Positions 1-10,248 of a DNA stretch of 64,000 nucleotides are shown piece after piece (position 1 is the first letter of the stretch; every line of letters begins with the position of its first letter). Under the pieces are notes generated by a model that had not been told where the DNA came from, made no database searches, and was given only the letters and a program-made list of their open reading frames with translations. The DNA comes from Candidatus Sericytochromatia bacterium. GTDB lineage: Bacteria > Cyanobacteriota > Sericytochromatia > S15B-MN24 > UBA4093. The position numbers were made by a program, and so were the translations under genes. The stretch spans positions 96,001-160,000 of the forward strand of contig JAKFBU010000026.1 of NCBI GenBank assembly GCA_036676985.1, given 5' to 3'.

Positions 1-2005
1 AGGTGGCGAAGCTCGACTCGATGCTGCCCTGTCCCTTGGTGTAGCTCTGGATCTCGCCGACCAGGCCCGCGAGCTCAGCCAGGGGCAGCTTGGCGTGGAT
101 GACGTTGCCCTCGACGCCCTCGATGTGGCCCCGGCGGGTGTTGAGGTCTCCCATGGCGTCCCCCATGGCCTCCTCGGGCACGGTCATGGTCACGTCCATG
201 ATGGGCTCGAGCAAGAGGGGCTGGGCCTCGTTGAAGATCTTCTTCATGGCCAGGTGAGCGGCGGTCTTGAACGCCATTTCCGACGAGTCGACCGAGTGGG
301 ACGAGCCGTCGTAGAGCGTCACCTTGAGGTCCACGATGGGGTAGCCGGCGAGGATGCCGCTCTCGAGCATCTCGCGCACGCCCTTCTCGACGGCGGGGAT
401 GAAGTTGCGGGGCACCGAGCCGCCCACCACCGCGTCGACGAACTGGAAGCCCGAGCCGCGGGGCAGCGGCTCGATCTTGAGCCAGACGTCCCCGTACTGG
501 CCGCGTCCGCCGGTTTGCTTCTTGTGCTTGCCCTGGCCCTGAGCCGTGCCGCGGATCGTCTCCCGATAGGGAATCTGGGGCTCGGCCTGCCTGACCTCGA
601 TGTTGAAGCGGTTGAGGAGCTTGGAAAGGGTCACGTCCAGGTGGGTCTGACCCATGCCCGAGAGCACCGTGCGGTGGGTGCGGGGCTCGACCGACACGCC
701 GAGGGTGGGGTCCTCTTCCTTGAGCTTGCTGAGCGAGATGGCCAGCTTGGCCTCGTCATGCTTGGAGACGGGCTCGATGGCCACCGACCAGATGGCGGGC
801 GGAATGGCGGGCATGGGGTAGCTCAGCCCCTTGGTCATGCTCTCGGCGATGAGGGTGTCGCCCGTCTGCGTGTCCTTGAGCTTGGCGACCGCACCGATGT
901 CCCCGGGCAACAGCTCGTCCACGGGGATCTGCTTCTTGCCGAGGAGCTTGAAGAGCCGGCCCATGCGCTCGGCGCTCGCGCGCTGCGAGTTGTGGAGATG
1001 GGCGTCCTGCTTCATGGTGCCCGACAGGACGCGGAAGATGCTGATCTTGCCGACGTAAGGGTCGGAGAGGGTCTTGAAGACCACGGCCGAGACGGGGGCG
1101 TCGGCCTTGGGCGCAAGCGGGCTCCGCTCGCCGGTCTCGCCGTCCGTGAGGTCCTGGTAGGTGCCGTCGAGCGGGGACGGCAAGAGGTCGACGATCACGT
1201 CCAGGAGCGGTCGCACGGCGATGTTGCCTGCGGCCGAGCCGCAGAGGACCGGCACCAGCTTGCCGGCGAGCAGGTCCTTGCGGAGGTTCTCCTTGAGCTC
1301 GTCGCTGGAGGGCTCGGTGCCGCCGAGGTAGCGCTCCAAGAGGTCGTCGTGCAGCTCGGCGACGGCCTCGACGAGCTCGGTGTGATAGCGCCGGACCTGC
1401 TCGCTCAGCTCGCTGGGGGGCTCGGCGACCTCGGTGATGTTCCCGGACTCGGGGGCGAAGTACCAGGTGCGCATGCCGACCAGGTCCACGTCGCCCTTGT
1501 AGCCGATGCCTCGGCCGACGGGCAGCTCGAGCGGCACGGCGTGCGGATCCAGCTCGTCGTGCACCTGCTGGAGGATCTCGGCGTAGTCCTTGGCCGAGTC
1601 CTGCTCGACGCCGTTGATGAAGATCGCCATGGGGCGCTTCATCTCGCGGGCGAGCTTGAAGATCTTGCGGGTGTTGGCGTCCACGCCCTTGGCGGCGTTG
1701 AGAACCAAAATGGCCGCGTCGCAGGCGGCCAGGGCGAGCTTGAGATCGGTCTGGAAGTCTCCGAGCCCGGGGGTGTCGAGCAGGTTCACGGTGAACCCGC
1801 GCCACTCCCCGCTGCCCACGGCCGTGCCGGTGGACATCTGGCGGAGGATCTCCTCTGAGTCGAAGTCCGTGGCGGTGGTGCCCTGGTCGACCCGGCCGCG
1901 CTGGGGCAGCACGGCCATGTCGAAGAGCATGGCCTCCGTGAGGGTGGTCTTCCCCACCCCGTGCGGGCCGATGATGGCCACGGTGCGGATGCGAGCGGTA
2001 TCCAT
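1..2005 (-). CDS. Elongation factor G paralog (EF-G2-like), runs off the window start
   Basis: Not in the ORF track; read manually. MDTARIRTVAIIGPHGVGKTT, DTPGLGDF, KHKKQTGGRGQYG, YDGSSHSVDSSEMAFK; GGAGG RBS at 2013-2017. Confidence 0.9.
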   Translation of the reverse strand, partial: MDTARIRTVAIIGPHGVGKTTLTEAMLFDMAVLPQRGRVDQGTTATDFDSEEILRQMSTGTAVGSGEWRGFTVNLLDTPGLGDFQTDLKLALAACDAAILVLNAAKGVDANTRKIFKLAREMKRPMAIFINGVEQDSAKDYAEILQQVHDELDPHAVPLELPVGRGIGYKGDVDLVGMRTWYFAPESGNITEVAEPPSELSEQVRRYHTELVEAVAELHDDLLERYLGGTEPSSDELKENLRKDLLAGKLVPVLCGSAAGNIAVRPLLDVIVDLLPSPLDGTYQDLTDGETGERSPLAPKADAPVSAVVFKTLSDPYVGKISIFRVLSGTMKQDAHLHNSQRASAERMGRLFKLLGKKQIPVDELLPGDIGAVAKLKDTQTGDTLIAESMTKGLSYPMPAIPPAIWSVAIEPVSKHDEAKLAISLSKLKEEDPTLGVSVEPRTHRTVLSGMGQTHLDVTLSKLLNRFNIEVRQAEPQIPYRETIRGTAQGQGKHKKQTGGRGQYGDVWLKIEPLPRGSGFQFVDAVVGGSVPRNFIPAVEKGVREMLESGILAGYPIVDLKVTLYDGSSHSVDSSEMAFKTAAHLAMKKIFNEAQPLLLEPIMDVTMTVPEEAMGDAMGDLNTRRGHIEGVEGNVIHAKLPLAELAGLVGEIQSYTKGQGSIESSFAT

Positions 2006-2201
2006 GCGCATGCCTCCTATCCCCTTGCACGGGATCTATCCGAGGTGATGATCCGCCTCCGCTCGGCCCCGGTCAATCCGTGGAACTACGGATTCCGTTG
2101 GGCGTTTGGAGTGGCACGGATGGCCGATCGGGCTGTGTGCTAGAATGAGCTTGCATGTCCCCCGAACAGGCTGGCTGGATGCCAGGAAGAAAGGGTGTTG
2201 C

Positions 2202-2795
2202 GTGGCCGTCAAGATGCGTCAAGTCGCCCTGCTGGGTGCTTTTGAGATCGCCCCCGAGCTGGAAACCCCGGTGCGGGACGGTCTCATCCTGGGGTCGCGG
2301 CGCGACAGCCGCGGCTTTGTCATCGAGACGAGCCGTGAGAACATCGAGCTCATCGTGACGGCCTCCAACCCGACGGTGGTCGAGGGGATGCCCAAGCGCC
2401 TGACGCTGTCGGTCGGGCCCATGCTCGAGCGGCTGGGCGCGGAGCTCATGCGGGTGGAGCTGCGCTCCATCGAGCCGGTGCCGGGCGACTCCGGGGGCTC
2501 GTACGTGCAGGGTTTTCTGGTGGTGCGCATGCCCGAAAAGCGCCCCATGCGGCTGTCCATGACGGCGACCGAGGCCATCCAGGTGGCGATCGCGCACCGG
2601 ATCCCGATGCTGGCGGAGGCCTCCCTGTTGCAGCTGGACGTGAGCCAGTTCCTGGATGAGATCGACACCTTCGCGACGCAGGTGGAGGCGGAGAACGACG
2701 AGTTCCGGTCGTTCGTGGACCAGGTGACGCCCACGGACTTCGCGCGGTATCTCAAGGATCGGCCGGAAGGGTCCGAGGGCCCCGAGGCGCCATAA
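2202..2795 (+). CDS. Divergent DUF151/bifunctional-nuclease-like protein
   Basis: Overall layout, EAIQVAI helix and C-terminal EFRSFVDQVTPTDF resemble DUF151; start GTG 2202 or ATG 2214. Confidence 0.55.
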   Translation: MAVKMRQVALLGAFEIAPELETPVRDGLILGSRRDSRGFVIETSRENIELIVTASNPTVVEGMPKRLTLSVGPMLERLGAELMRVELRSIEPVPGDSGGSYVQGFLVVRMPEKRPMRLSMTATEAIQVAIAHRIPMLAEASLLQLDVSQFLDEIDTFATQVEAENDEFRSFVDQVTPTDFARYLKDRPEGSEGPEAP

Positions 2796-2832
2796 GGAAC
2801 CGTTCGCCCTTCGAGAGCCTCAGGGTGAACGG
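2793..2832. repeat. REP-like palindromic unit
   Basis: TAAGGAACCGTTCGCCCTTCGAGAGCCTCAGGGTGAACGG, identical to the reverse complement of 10828-10867. Confidence 0.85.
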
Positions 2833-2891
2833 TTTTCTTGTGGGTCTCAAGGTGCTCTAGACCTCAAGCCGAAGCAAATCTTCGAAAACGA

Positions 2892-2920
2892 CAGGGGCCC
2901 GTCCGATGGACGGGCCCCTG
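2892..2920 (-). terminator. Hairpin downstream of rpmA
   Basis: CAGGGGCCCGTCC-GAT-GGACGGGCCCCTG. Confidence 0.65.
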
Positions 2921-2932
2921 AGGCTTGGTGGC

Positions 2933-3202
2933 TTACGCCTGGGCGACCGCGAGGGGGCGGACGCTGATCTTCTGGCGCTTGGCGCCGAAGCGCTCGAACA
3001 CCACGTTGCCCTCGATGAGGGAGAACAGCGTGTGGTCCTTGCCCATGCCGACGTTGTCGCCGGGATGGAACTCGGTGCCGCGCTGACGAACGATGATGTT
3101 GCCGGGAATCACGAGCTCGCCGCCGTACTTCTTGACGCCAAGACGCTTGGCGTTGGAGTCGCGGCCGTTACGGGTAGAGCCTACACCCTTCTTATGTGCC
3201 AT
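2933..3202 (-). CDS. rpmA: 50S ribosomal protein L27
   Basis: [24 protein letters not shown]. Confidence 0.99.
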   Translation of the reverse strand: MAHKKGVGSTRNGRDSNAKRLGVKKYGGELVIPGNIIVRQRGTEFHPGDNVGMGKDHTLFSLIEGNVVFERFGAKRQKISVRPLAVAQA

Positions 3203-3227
3203 GGTTCGATTCGGTCCTTTCTATCCT

Positions 3228-3539
3228 CTAGAAGCTGATCGACTCGACCATCACCCGGGTGAAGGGCTGACGGTGGCCGTTCTTGCGGCGGTAGTGCTTC
3301 TTGGGGCGCATCTTGTAGACGATCACCTTGGGGCCCTTGCCGTGCTTGACGATCTTGCCGGTCACCTTGGCGCCGTTGATCGACGGGGCTCCGACGGTGA
3401 ACTTGCCGTCCTTCGAAACCAGGAGGACCTGATCGAAGGTGATGCTGTCTCCCTCGTTACCGGCGAGCAGCTCGACGTCGATGAAGCGGCCTTCCTCGAC
3501 CTTGATCTGCTTACCGCCGGTGGCGATGATGGCGTACAT
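3228..3539 (-). CDS. rplU: 50S ribosomal protein L21
   Basis: [11 protein letters not shown]...GHRQPFT. Confidence 0.99.
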   Translation of the reverse strand: MYAIIATGGKQIKVEEGRFIDVELLAGNEGDSITFDQVLLVSKDGKFTVGAPSINGAKVTGKIVKHGKGPKVIVYKMRPKKHYRRKNGHRQPFTRVMVESISF

Positions 3540-3646
3540 GTATTGGGCTTCCTTCCTCGTTGCGAGACACGCCGAATCCGGTAGCCGAGTGCGTCTCGGA
3601 GCTTTACGACCGGGATCGAGCGGTATCGCCCGTAATCAGAGGGAGG

Positions 3647-3676
3647 ATCTTACCATTCGCCCGAAGCGACCGTCAA
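3647..3676 (-). promoter_or_regulatory. sigma70-type promoter of rplU-rpmA
   Basis: TTGACG-N18-TAAGAT with TG extension on the minus strand. Confidence 0.6.
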
Positions 3677-3772
3677 GCCAAGATGAGCGCCTCTCACAAC
3701 TGTTCCTTAATGCCGCCTTAAGCGGCCATCGGCTTTCCATGCCTGGTTGTGAGAGGTGCTCCAGGGCCCCGG

Positions 3773-4060
3773 TTAAGTCCGGCGCGGCTCGATCACGAAC
3801 TTGATCGCCGTGCGCTCCTCGCCTGCGATCTCGATGTCCAGGAACGCCGGGATGAAGACCAGATCCAGCCCCGAGGGCGCCACGTAGCCCCGCGCGATGG
3901 CGATCGCCTTCACGGCCTGGTTGATGGCGCCCGCGCCGATGGCCTGCATCTCGCAGCGCCCCTTCTCGCGGATGGTGCCGGCGATGGCCCCCGCCACCGA
4001 GGCCGGGTTGGAGGTGCTGGCGACCTTGAAGAGGTTGGACCCGAAATTCGTTTGCGTCAT
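3773..4060 (-). CDS. spoVS: SpoVS family protein
   Basis: FKVASTSNPASVAGAIAG...AIGAGAINQAVKAIAIARG...ERTAIKF. Confidence 0.95.
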   Translation of the reverse strand: MTQTNFGSNLFKVASTSNPASVAGAIAGTIREKGRCEMQAIGAGAINQAVKAIAIARGYVAPSGLDLVFIPAFLDIEIAGEERTAIKFVIEPRRT

Positions 4061-4196
4061 GCGTTCATCTCCTAACGTCCCCTGGGATCGGATGCGAGGC
4101 ATCCGTCTGTTAGAAGAATTCGCTTTTTTGGCCCCCGATTCCTAGAGGACGCTATCCAAGCATTCATGTCACCTGTTGTCCAATCCGCTCGTTCGG

Positions 4197-5117
4197 TTAG
4201 AACCGCAGCGTCACGCCCGTCACGACCGACGCGTGGAAGGAGTCCTGATAGCCGCCGCGCAGGACCGGCAGGACCACCGCGAGCTGGCCCGCGGCCATGG
4301 GCGTGAAGGCGTAGGTGAGGCCCGGAGCCACCGCGAGCCACCAGGATCCGGACTCCTTGACCGGCTGGCGCTGGGCCTCGGACGGGCTGTCGTACTGCGC
4401 CAACAGCTCCAGGATGGTCGAGACGGCGGGCGTCCAGCGGGCTTCGAGGGCCGAGTTGAACTGGGCGCGCTGGCCGCGCCACTGGACCACCGGCAGGTCC
4501 ACCGAGGCCAGGAGCCCCGTGCTGCGCAGGTGGTAGAGGTAGTTCAGGTTGAGGTGGCCGTACAGGAAGGAAGGCATCAGCTCCATGCGCAGGGTGTTGT
4601 CCAGCCCCACGCTCGGCACTCCCTCCGAGATGCGCCCCACCAGGCTCCCCGCCCCCACGTTGGCATGCACCCGGGCCTTCCAGGTAGCCCGCTCGTCGTG
4701 GAAGAGGCGCCAGAACAGCCCGAGGTTGAGGTCCGCGAGCCCGCTGCCCAGGTCCACGCCGTTGACCTGCCGGGACATGCCGAAGGGCAGGGTGAAGGTG
4801 AGGCCCGCGTCGGGCAGCAGGCCCGCCTCCAGCTGCGAGGCGAGGCTCATGCGGACGTACGAGGTCTCCGGCGGGTTGGGGCTGTAGAGCTTGCCGTCGA
4901 TGACCACCAGCTGGTACGGGGTGAAGATGCCCTGGCTCACGATGGAGAAGTGGCCCGGCTCCGGGACCTCGTCGCGGTTCAGGTTGATGGGGCCCCCGAT
5001 GGGGTGTGTGGCCGGTCGACTCGGACCCTCCGACGCCCAGGGCGCGTTGACCTGCGCTTCGGCCGGGAGTCCGGACAAGAGCCAGGCGCTGACGGCCAGT
5101 GACAACAGGCGACGCAT
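4197..5117 (-). CDS. Putative outer-membrane beta-barrel (MetA-pathway/phenol-degradation transporter-like)
   Basis: Signal peptide, GLADLNL motif, alternating beta strands, C-terminal Phe. Confidence 0.55.
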   Translation of the reverse strand: MRRLLSLAVSAWLLSGLPAEAQVNAPWASEGPSRPATHPIGGPINLNRDEVPEPGHFSIVSQGIFTPYQLVVIDGKLYSPNPPETSYVRMSLASQLEAGLLPDAGLTFTLPFGMSRQVNGVDLGSGLADLNLGLFWRLFHDERATWKARVHANVGAGSLVGRISEGVPSVGLDNTLRMELMPSFLYGHLNLNYLYHLRSTGLLASVDLPVVQWRGQRAQFNSALEARWTPAVSTILELLAQYDSPSEAQRQPVKESGSWWLAVAPGLTYAFTPMAAGQLAVVLPVLRGGYQDSFHASVVTGVTLRF

Positions 5118-5198
5118 TGATTCCTCCCTCGGTGTACACTCGTTCTACCCAGGTTTCCCTTGCGTCAAAGGGCCTGGTATCCGCAAGGAGTAGCCTCG

Positions 5199-6296
5199 AT
5201 GAACGACGAAACGTGGATGCGCCGGGCCCTGGAGCTCGCCCGACAGGGCCGGGGCTGGGTCAACCCCAACCCCTTGGTGGGGGCGGTGATCGTCCAAGAC
5301 GGCGAGGTGGTCGGCGAGGGGTACCACCCGAAGGTCGGAGAGCCTCATGCCGAGGTCTTCGCCCTGAGCCAGGCAGGTGAGCGGGCTCGCGGTGCCACGG
5401 CCTACGTGACCTTGGAGCCCTGCAACCATCAGGGCCGCACCGGTCCCTGCACCCGCGCCCTGCTCGACGCGGGGGTGGCGCGGGTGGTCTTTGCGGTGGA
5501 GGACCCGAACCCGCTCACGGCCTCGCAGGCGGCGAGCGTGCTCACCCAGGGGGGCGTCGCGGTCTCGTGGGGCGTGCTCGCGGACGAGGCCCGCCGCCTG
5601 AACGAGCCCTTCTTCAAGTACATCCGCACCCGTCGCCCGTTCGTCGTCATGAAGATGGCCATGAGCATGGACGGCAAGATCGCGACCGAGACCGGCGAGA
5701 GCAAGTGGATCAGCGGCGAGGTCTCGCGTGCCTACGTCCAGGAGCTGAGGGCCACCCTGTCGGCGGTCATGGTGGGCATCCGCACCGTGCTCGCGGACGA
5801 TCCGAGCCTCAACGCCCGCGTCGAGGGCGCCCGTCAGCCCGTGCGCGTGATCGTGGACCCCATGGCCGAGACCCCGCTTTCGGCACGGCTCTTCACGGTC
5901 GATGCGCCCCTCGTGCTCGCCGTCCGCCAGGACGCGCCCCGCAAGCGGCGCGAGGCCCTCGCCGCCAAGGGCGCCCAGGTCCTGCCCCTGCCGGTGTTGC
6001 CCAACGAGCACGTGGACCTGGACGCCCTCATGGTGGAGCTCGGCAAGCGCGAGATCTCGGGCGTGCTGCTGGAAGGCGGCGGCGGGCTGAACGCCTCGGC
6101 GATCGCCCAGGGCGTGGTCGACAAGCTCGTCTACTTCGTCGCCCCCAAGCTCATCGGCGGCAGCGAGAGCCCGACGCCCCTCGAGGGAGCGAGCATCGCC
6201 AAGATGGCCGAGGCACGGGCCCTCTACGAGCTGCGCTCCTATCCTTCCGGCCAGGACGTGCGCCTCGAGGCGTACCTCCACCCGATGGGCGTTTGA
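5199..6296 (+). CDS. ribD: Riboflavin deaminase/reductase RibD
   Basis: NPNPLVGA, HAE, TLEPCNH...PC, SMDGKIA, EGGG; AAGGAG RBS. Confidence 0.97.
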   Translation: MNDETWMRRALELARQGRGWVNPNPLVGAVIVQDGEVVGEGYHPKVGEPHAEVFALSQAGERARGATAYVTLEPCNHQGRTGPCTRALLDAGVARVVFAVEDPNPLTASQAASVLTQGGVAVSWGVLADEARRLNEPFFKYIRTRRPFVVMKMAMSMDGKIATETGESKWISGEVSRAYVQELRATLSAVMVGIRTVLADDPSLNARVEGARQPVRVIVDPMAETPLSARLFTVDAPLVLAVRQDAPRKRREALAAKGAQVLPLPVLPNEHVDLDALMVELGKREISGVLLEGGGGLNASAIAQGVVDKLVYFVAPKLIGGSESPTPLEGASIAKMAEARALYELRSYPSGQDVRLEAYLHPMGV

Positions 6297-6380
6297 TTTC
6301 AGGAGGGCCTGTCGTCATGAGGGCGGATTCGGTAGAATGGAAGCCTTGGTAGCCCCCCAGTCAGCCAGGAAGGATCGACG

Positions 6381-7886
6381 ATGACCCTGACCCACCGTCC
6401 CACGCCGGCGAACACGTTCCCCCGCCTGGGCGATCGCCTCTCCACGTCCGCCCTCAACTACATCGCTGGGCGCTGGGAAGACGCCTCGTCCGGCCAGACC
6501 TTCGCGGTCGCGAACCCCGCGGACACCCGCGAGGTGCTCGGGCGCTTCCCCGAATCGGCTCCGGCCGACGTCGCGCGCGCCGTGCGCGCGGCCCAGGACG
6601 CCTTCCATGCCTGGTCGCGCACGCCCCAGCCCCAGCGGGGCCTGGTGATCGCCAAGGCGATCGCCCTGCTCAAGGAGCGCGCCGAGGAGCTCGCCCATGC
6701 CCTCACCTGGGAGGCGGGCAAGCCCCTGGCCGAGTCCCGCGTCGAGGTGACGCGCGGCCTCAACGCCATGGAGTACCTGGTCGCCGAGGCGCGCCGCAGC
6801 GGGGGGCAGACGATCCCCAGCGAGCTTCCGGGCACCTTCACCTACACCGTGCGCCGTCCCCTGGGCGTGGTGGGGCTCATCACCCCCTGGAACTTCCCCT
6901 TCGCCATCCCGGCCTGGAAGGTGGTGCCGGCCCTGGTCGCGGGCAACACGGCCGTCATGAAGCCCGCCGAGCAGACGCCCGTCTGCACGGCCATGATCAT
7001 GCAGGCCTTCGACGAGGCGGGCCTGCCGCCCGGCGTCCTCAACCTCGTCAACGGCGGCCCGGTGGTTGGTGAGGCGCTCGTGGCGGATCCCCTCGTCAAG
7101 GCCATCTCCTTCACGGGCAGCACCAGCGTCGGCAAGCTCATCAACCAGGCGGCCAGCGCGCGGCTCGCCAAGGTCCAGCTGGAGCTGGGCGGCAAGAACG
7201 CGGCCATCGTGCTCGAGGACGCCGACCTCGAGCACGCGGCCAAGGAGATCGCCGCGGGCGCTTGGGGCACCACCGGCCAGCGCTGCACTGCCACCAGCCG
7301 CGTCATCGTCATGCGGGGCGTGGCCCGTCAGCTGCTCGATCGCCTCAAGGCCCACGCCGCGGCCCTCAAGGTCGGAAGCGGCCTGGAGGACGGCCGGACC
7401 ATGGGGCCCCTCATCAACCAGGAGGCCCTCGACAAGGTGGAGCGGTACGTGGCGATCGCCCGCCAGGAAGGAGCCACCGTCGAGTACGGAGGCGAGCGCC
7501 TCGCTGGCGAGCTCTCGGGCGGCTACTTCCACGCTCCGACCCTGCTGTCGGGCGTGCGCCCGGAGCACACGGTGGCCAACGAGGAGATCTTCGGGCCGGT
7601 CCTGAGCGTCATCGAGGTGGACGGCTTCGAGGAGGCCCTCACGGTCGCGAACTCCGTGGCCTACGGCCTCTCGAGCTCGGTCTTCACGCGCGACGTGGGT
7701 CGGGTCTTCGGCTACGCCGAGGGCATCGAGACGGGCCTGGTGCATGTCAACTGCGCCACCGTGCTCAGCGAGGTGCACCTGCCCTTCGGCGGCATGAAGG
7801 ACTCGGGCTTCGGCGGGCGCGAGATGGGGCCGACGGTCATGGACTTCTTCACCGAGTGGCAGACCATGTACCTGCGTCATCCCTAG
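6381..7886 (+). CDS. Aldehyde dehydrogenase family protein
   Basis: ITPWNFP, FTGST, LELGGKN, GQRCTA, EEIFGP, PFGGMKDSG. Confidence 0.95.
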   Translation: MTLTHRPTPANTFPRLGDRLSTSALNYIAGRWEDASSGQTFAVANPADTREVLGRFPESAPADVARAVRAAQDAFHAWSRTPQPQRGLVIAKAIALLKERAEELAHALTWEAGKPLAESRVEVTRGLNAMEYLVAEARRSGGQTIPSELPGTFTYTVRRPLGVVGLITPWNFPFAIPAWKVVPALVAGNTAVMKPAEQTPVCTAMIMQAFDEAGLPPGVLNLVNGGPVVGEALVADPLVKAISFTGSTSVGKLINQAASARLAKVQLELGGKNAAIVLEDADLEHAAKEIAAGAWGTTGQRCTATSRVIVMRGVARQLLDRLKAHAAALKVGSGLEDGRTMGPLINQEALDKVERYVAIARQEGATVEYGGERLAGELSGGYFHAPTLLSGVRPEHTVANEEIFGPVLSVIEVDGFEEALTVANSVAYGLSSSVFTRDVGRVFGYAEGIETGLVHVNCATVLSEVHLPFGGMKDSGFGGREMGPTVMDFFTEWQTMYLRHP

Positions 7887-7980
7887 CTAGCTAGGCTTGG
7901 ACATGCGGCACTAACGATCGATCGTCGGACCGGGCTACCCTGAACCTTGCGAGTGTGCTTGTTTCAGGGAGGTGGACGAC

Positions 7981-8199
7981 ATGAATCGCAAGCTCATGAT
8001 CCTGGCGGTGACCGGCGCGATCGTCCTGGCGGGTTGTGCCCGCATGATGGCGGACAAGCCCAAGGAGGACGGCATGCGGACCTCGGTGCAGATGATGGAG
8101 GCTCCCCAGGAGGCGGCGGCGAAGCCGGCGCCCTCCAAGGCCCAGCCCGCCAAGCCCAAGCCCAAGCCGGTGCCGAAGACGACCCAGCAGCGCCACTAA
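7981..8199 (+). CDS. Small Lys/Pro-rich lipoprotein
   Basis: GGAGG RBS; MNRKLMILAVTGAIVLAG-C lipobox. Confidence 0.7.
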   Translation: MNRKLMILAVTGAIVLAGCARMMADKPKEDGMRTSVQMMEAPQEAAAKPAPSKAQPAKPKPKPVPKTTQQRH

Positions 8200-8201
8200 T
8201 C

Positions 8202-8238
8202 ACCAGACACCCCGGGGCCCCGCCCCGGGGTGTCTGGT
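8202..8238 (+). terminator. 16-bp-stem hairpin between the lipoprotein gene and riboflavin synthase
   Basis: ACCAGACACCCCGGGG...CCCCGGGGTGTCTGGT. Confidence 0.6.
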
Positions 8239-8371
8239 TGTGCGCCCTGTGCGGGCGTCCGTCCTCGCTCGGCGCGGGGGCTGCCCTTGCCCAAGAGGTG
8301 TGGCAACAGGTATCATGGCGCGGAAAGGCCCGTGGGAGCCACTTCTTGCCGCGGGCAGAGGCGTAGCGTAG

Positions 8372-9019
8372 ATGTTTACCGGTTTGATCGAGGAGGTCGG
8401 CACCCTGCTGGCGCGTCGCGGCGGCCAGCTCGAGTTGCTGGCCCCGGGGATCGCGCCCGAGCTCAAGCTCGGCGACAGCGTGGCCGTCAACGGCATCTGC
8501 CTGACGGCCACGGGCCTCGGCGGCGATCGCTTCACGGCGGACATCTCGCAGAGCACCCTCGACGTCACGACCGCCGGCCGCTGGATGCCGGGCAAGCAGC
8601 TCAACCTCGAACGCGCCCTGGCGCTGGGCGATCGCCTCGGCGGCCACCTGGTGTCGGGCCACGTGGACGGCGTGGGCCGCCTGGTGCGGCGCGAGCGCCT
8701 CGGCGAGGCCTGGCGGCTCGAGTTCGCCATGCCCTCCGAGCTCTCCGTCTTTCTGGTGCCCAAGGGCTCGATCACCATCGACGGCACCAGCCTCACGGTC
8801 AACGAGGTCTCCGACGAGAGCTTCAGCGTGACCATCATCCCCCACACCGGGGCCAAGACGACCGTGCTGTCGCTGCAGCCCGGTCAAGAGGTCAACCTCG
8901 AGGTGGACCTCCTGGCCAAGTACCTGCACCGCATGCTCGCGAGCTACGCGGCTCCGGGTCGCCCCAAGGCGGGCGGCCTGAGCCTCGAGACGCTCGCGGC
9001 TGCCGGCTTTATAGAATAG
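8372..9019 (+). CDS. ribE: Riboflavin synthase alpha chain
   Basis: [32 protein letters not shown]. Confidence 0.97.
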   Translation: MFTGLIEEVGTLLARRGGQLELLAPGIAPELKLGDSVAVNGICLTATGLGGDRFTADISQSTLDVTTAGRWMPGKQLNLERALALGDRLGGHLVSGHVDGVGRLVRRERLGEAWRLEFAMPSELSVFLVPKGSITIDGTSLTVNEVSDESFSVTIIPHTGAKTTVLSLQPGQEVNLEVDLLAKYLHRMLASYAAPGRPKAGGLSLETLAAAGFIE

Positions 9020-9027
9020 ATGGAACC

Positions 9028-10224
9028 ATGAAGACCTTTGCCGAGATCCCGGACGTCCTCGAGGCCCTGAAAGCAGGCCGCATGGTCGTGGTGGTCGACG
9101 ACGAGGACCGCGAGAACGAGGGCGACCTCATCCTTGCCTCCGAGCACGTCACGCCCGAGGCCATCAACTTCATGGCCACCTACGGCCGCGGCCTCATCTG
9201 CCTGGCCGTGACGCCCGAGCGGGCCCAGGCCCTGGACCTCGCGCCCATGGTCCAGGCCAACACGGACACCCATGCCACGGCCTTCACCGTCTCCATCGAC
9301 GGGGTGCGCGGCGTTTCGACCGGCATCTCGGCCGCGGACCGCGCCCAGACCGTCCGGACCGTGCTCGCGGCCGACACCCGCCCGGAGGACCTGCGCCGCC
9401 CCGGCCACGTCTTCCCGCTGGTGGCCAAGCCCGGCGGCGTGCTCATCCGCGCCGGCCACACCGAGGCCGCGGTCGATCTCGCCCGGCTCGCGGGGCTCGC
9501 GCCCTCGGGCGTGATCTGCGAGATCCTCAACCCGGACGGCACCATGGCCCGCCTGCCCCAGCTGCAGGAGTTCGCCCAGCAGCACGACCTGCTCATCACC
9601 AGCGTCGCCAAGCTCATCGCCTACCGCGTGGAGCGCGAGCGCTTCGTCGTGCGCAAGAGCGTCGCCAAGCTGCCCACCAAGTACGGCGAGTTCACCATCT
9701 ACGGCTACGAGAACCTCATGAACGGCGCCCACCACGTGGCGCTGGTCATGGGCGACCCCACCCAGGAGGGGACGCTCGTGCGCATGCACTCCGAGTGCCT
9801 GACGGGTGATGCCCTCGGCTCGTTGCGCTGCGACTGCGGCGAGCAGCGGGACCGGGCGTTGCAGGCGATCGCCCGCGAGGGCCGCGGGGTGCTCGTCTAC
9901 CTGCGCCAGGAGGGCCGCGGCATCGGCCTGCTCAACAAGATCCACGCCTACAAGCTCCAGGACGAGGGGCTCGACACGGTCGAGGCCAACCTCAAGCTCG
10001 GCTTCGCCGCCGACCTGCGCGACTACGGCACGGGCGCCCAGATCCTGGTGGACCTCGGCGTGCGCCGCATGCGCCTCTTGACCAACAACCCCCGCAAGGT
10101 CTCGGGCCTCGACGGCTACGGCCTCGAGGTGATCGACCGCGTGCCCATCCAGGTTGCCCCCAATCCCCACAACGAGCGCTATCTCGAGACCAAGGGCGAG
10201 AAGCTCGGCCACCTGCTTTCGTAG
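9028..10224 (+). CDS. ribBA: DHBP synthase / GTP cyclohydrolase II
   Basis: [39 protein letters not shown]. Confidence 0.98.
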   Translation: MKTFAEIPDVLEALKAGRMVVVVDDEDRENEGDLILASEHVTPEAINFMATYGRGLICLAVTPERAQALDLAPMVQANTDTHATAFTVSIDGVRGVSTGISAADRAQTVRTVLAADTRPEDLRRPGHVFPLVAKPGGVLIRAGHTEAAVDLARLAGLAPSGVICEILNPDGTMARLPQLQEFAQQHDLLITSVAKLIAYRVERERFVVRKSVAKLPTKYGEFTIYGYENLMNGAHHVALVMGDPTQEGTLVRMHSECLTGDALGSLRCDCGEQRDRALQAIAREGRGVLVYLRQEGRGIGLLNKIHAYKLQDEGLDTVEANLKLGFAADLRDYGTGAQILVDLGVRRMRLLTNNPRKVSGLDGYGLEVIDRVPIQVAPNPHNERYLETKGEKLGHLLS

Positions 10225-10248
10225 CCTCTTCACGGAAAGGACCCAGTC

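Noticed and set aside
95-1858. 587-aa plus-strand ORF and many other long antisense or alternate-frame ORFs (e.g. 26424-29969, 49522-51783)
   Set aside because: Shadow ORFs of real genes, expected in high-GC DNA; no motifs or RBS.
3545-3640. Possible L21 leader RNA upstream of rplU
   Set aside because: Hairpins are present (GAGACGC/GTGTCTC) but I cannot confirm the family by eye.
7883-7925. CTAGCTAGCTAG and CGATCGATCG short palindromic runs
   Set aside because: Too short to support a function.
8230-9027. Apparent N-terminal extension of RibBA (similar extensions for GlnQ-like ATPase, DUF72 and cyclophilin)
   Set aside because: ORF-caller artefacts overlapping the upstream genes; internal starts fit the family lengths.
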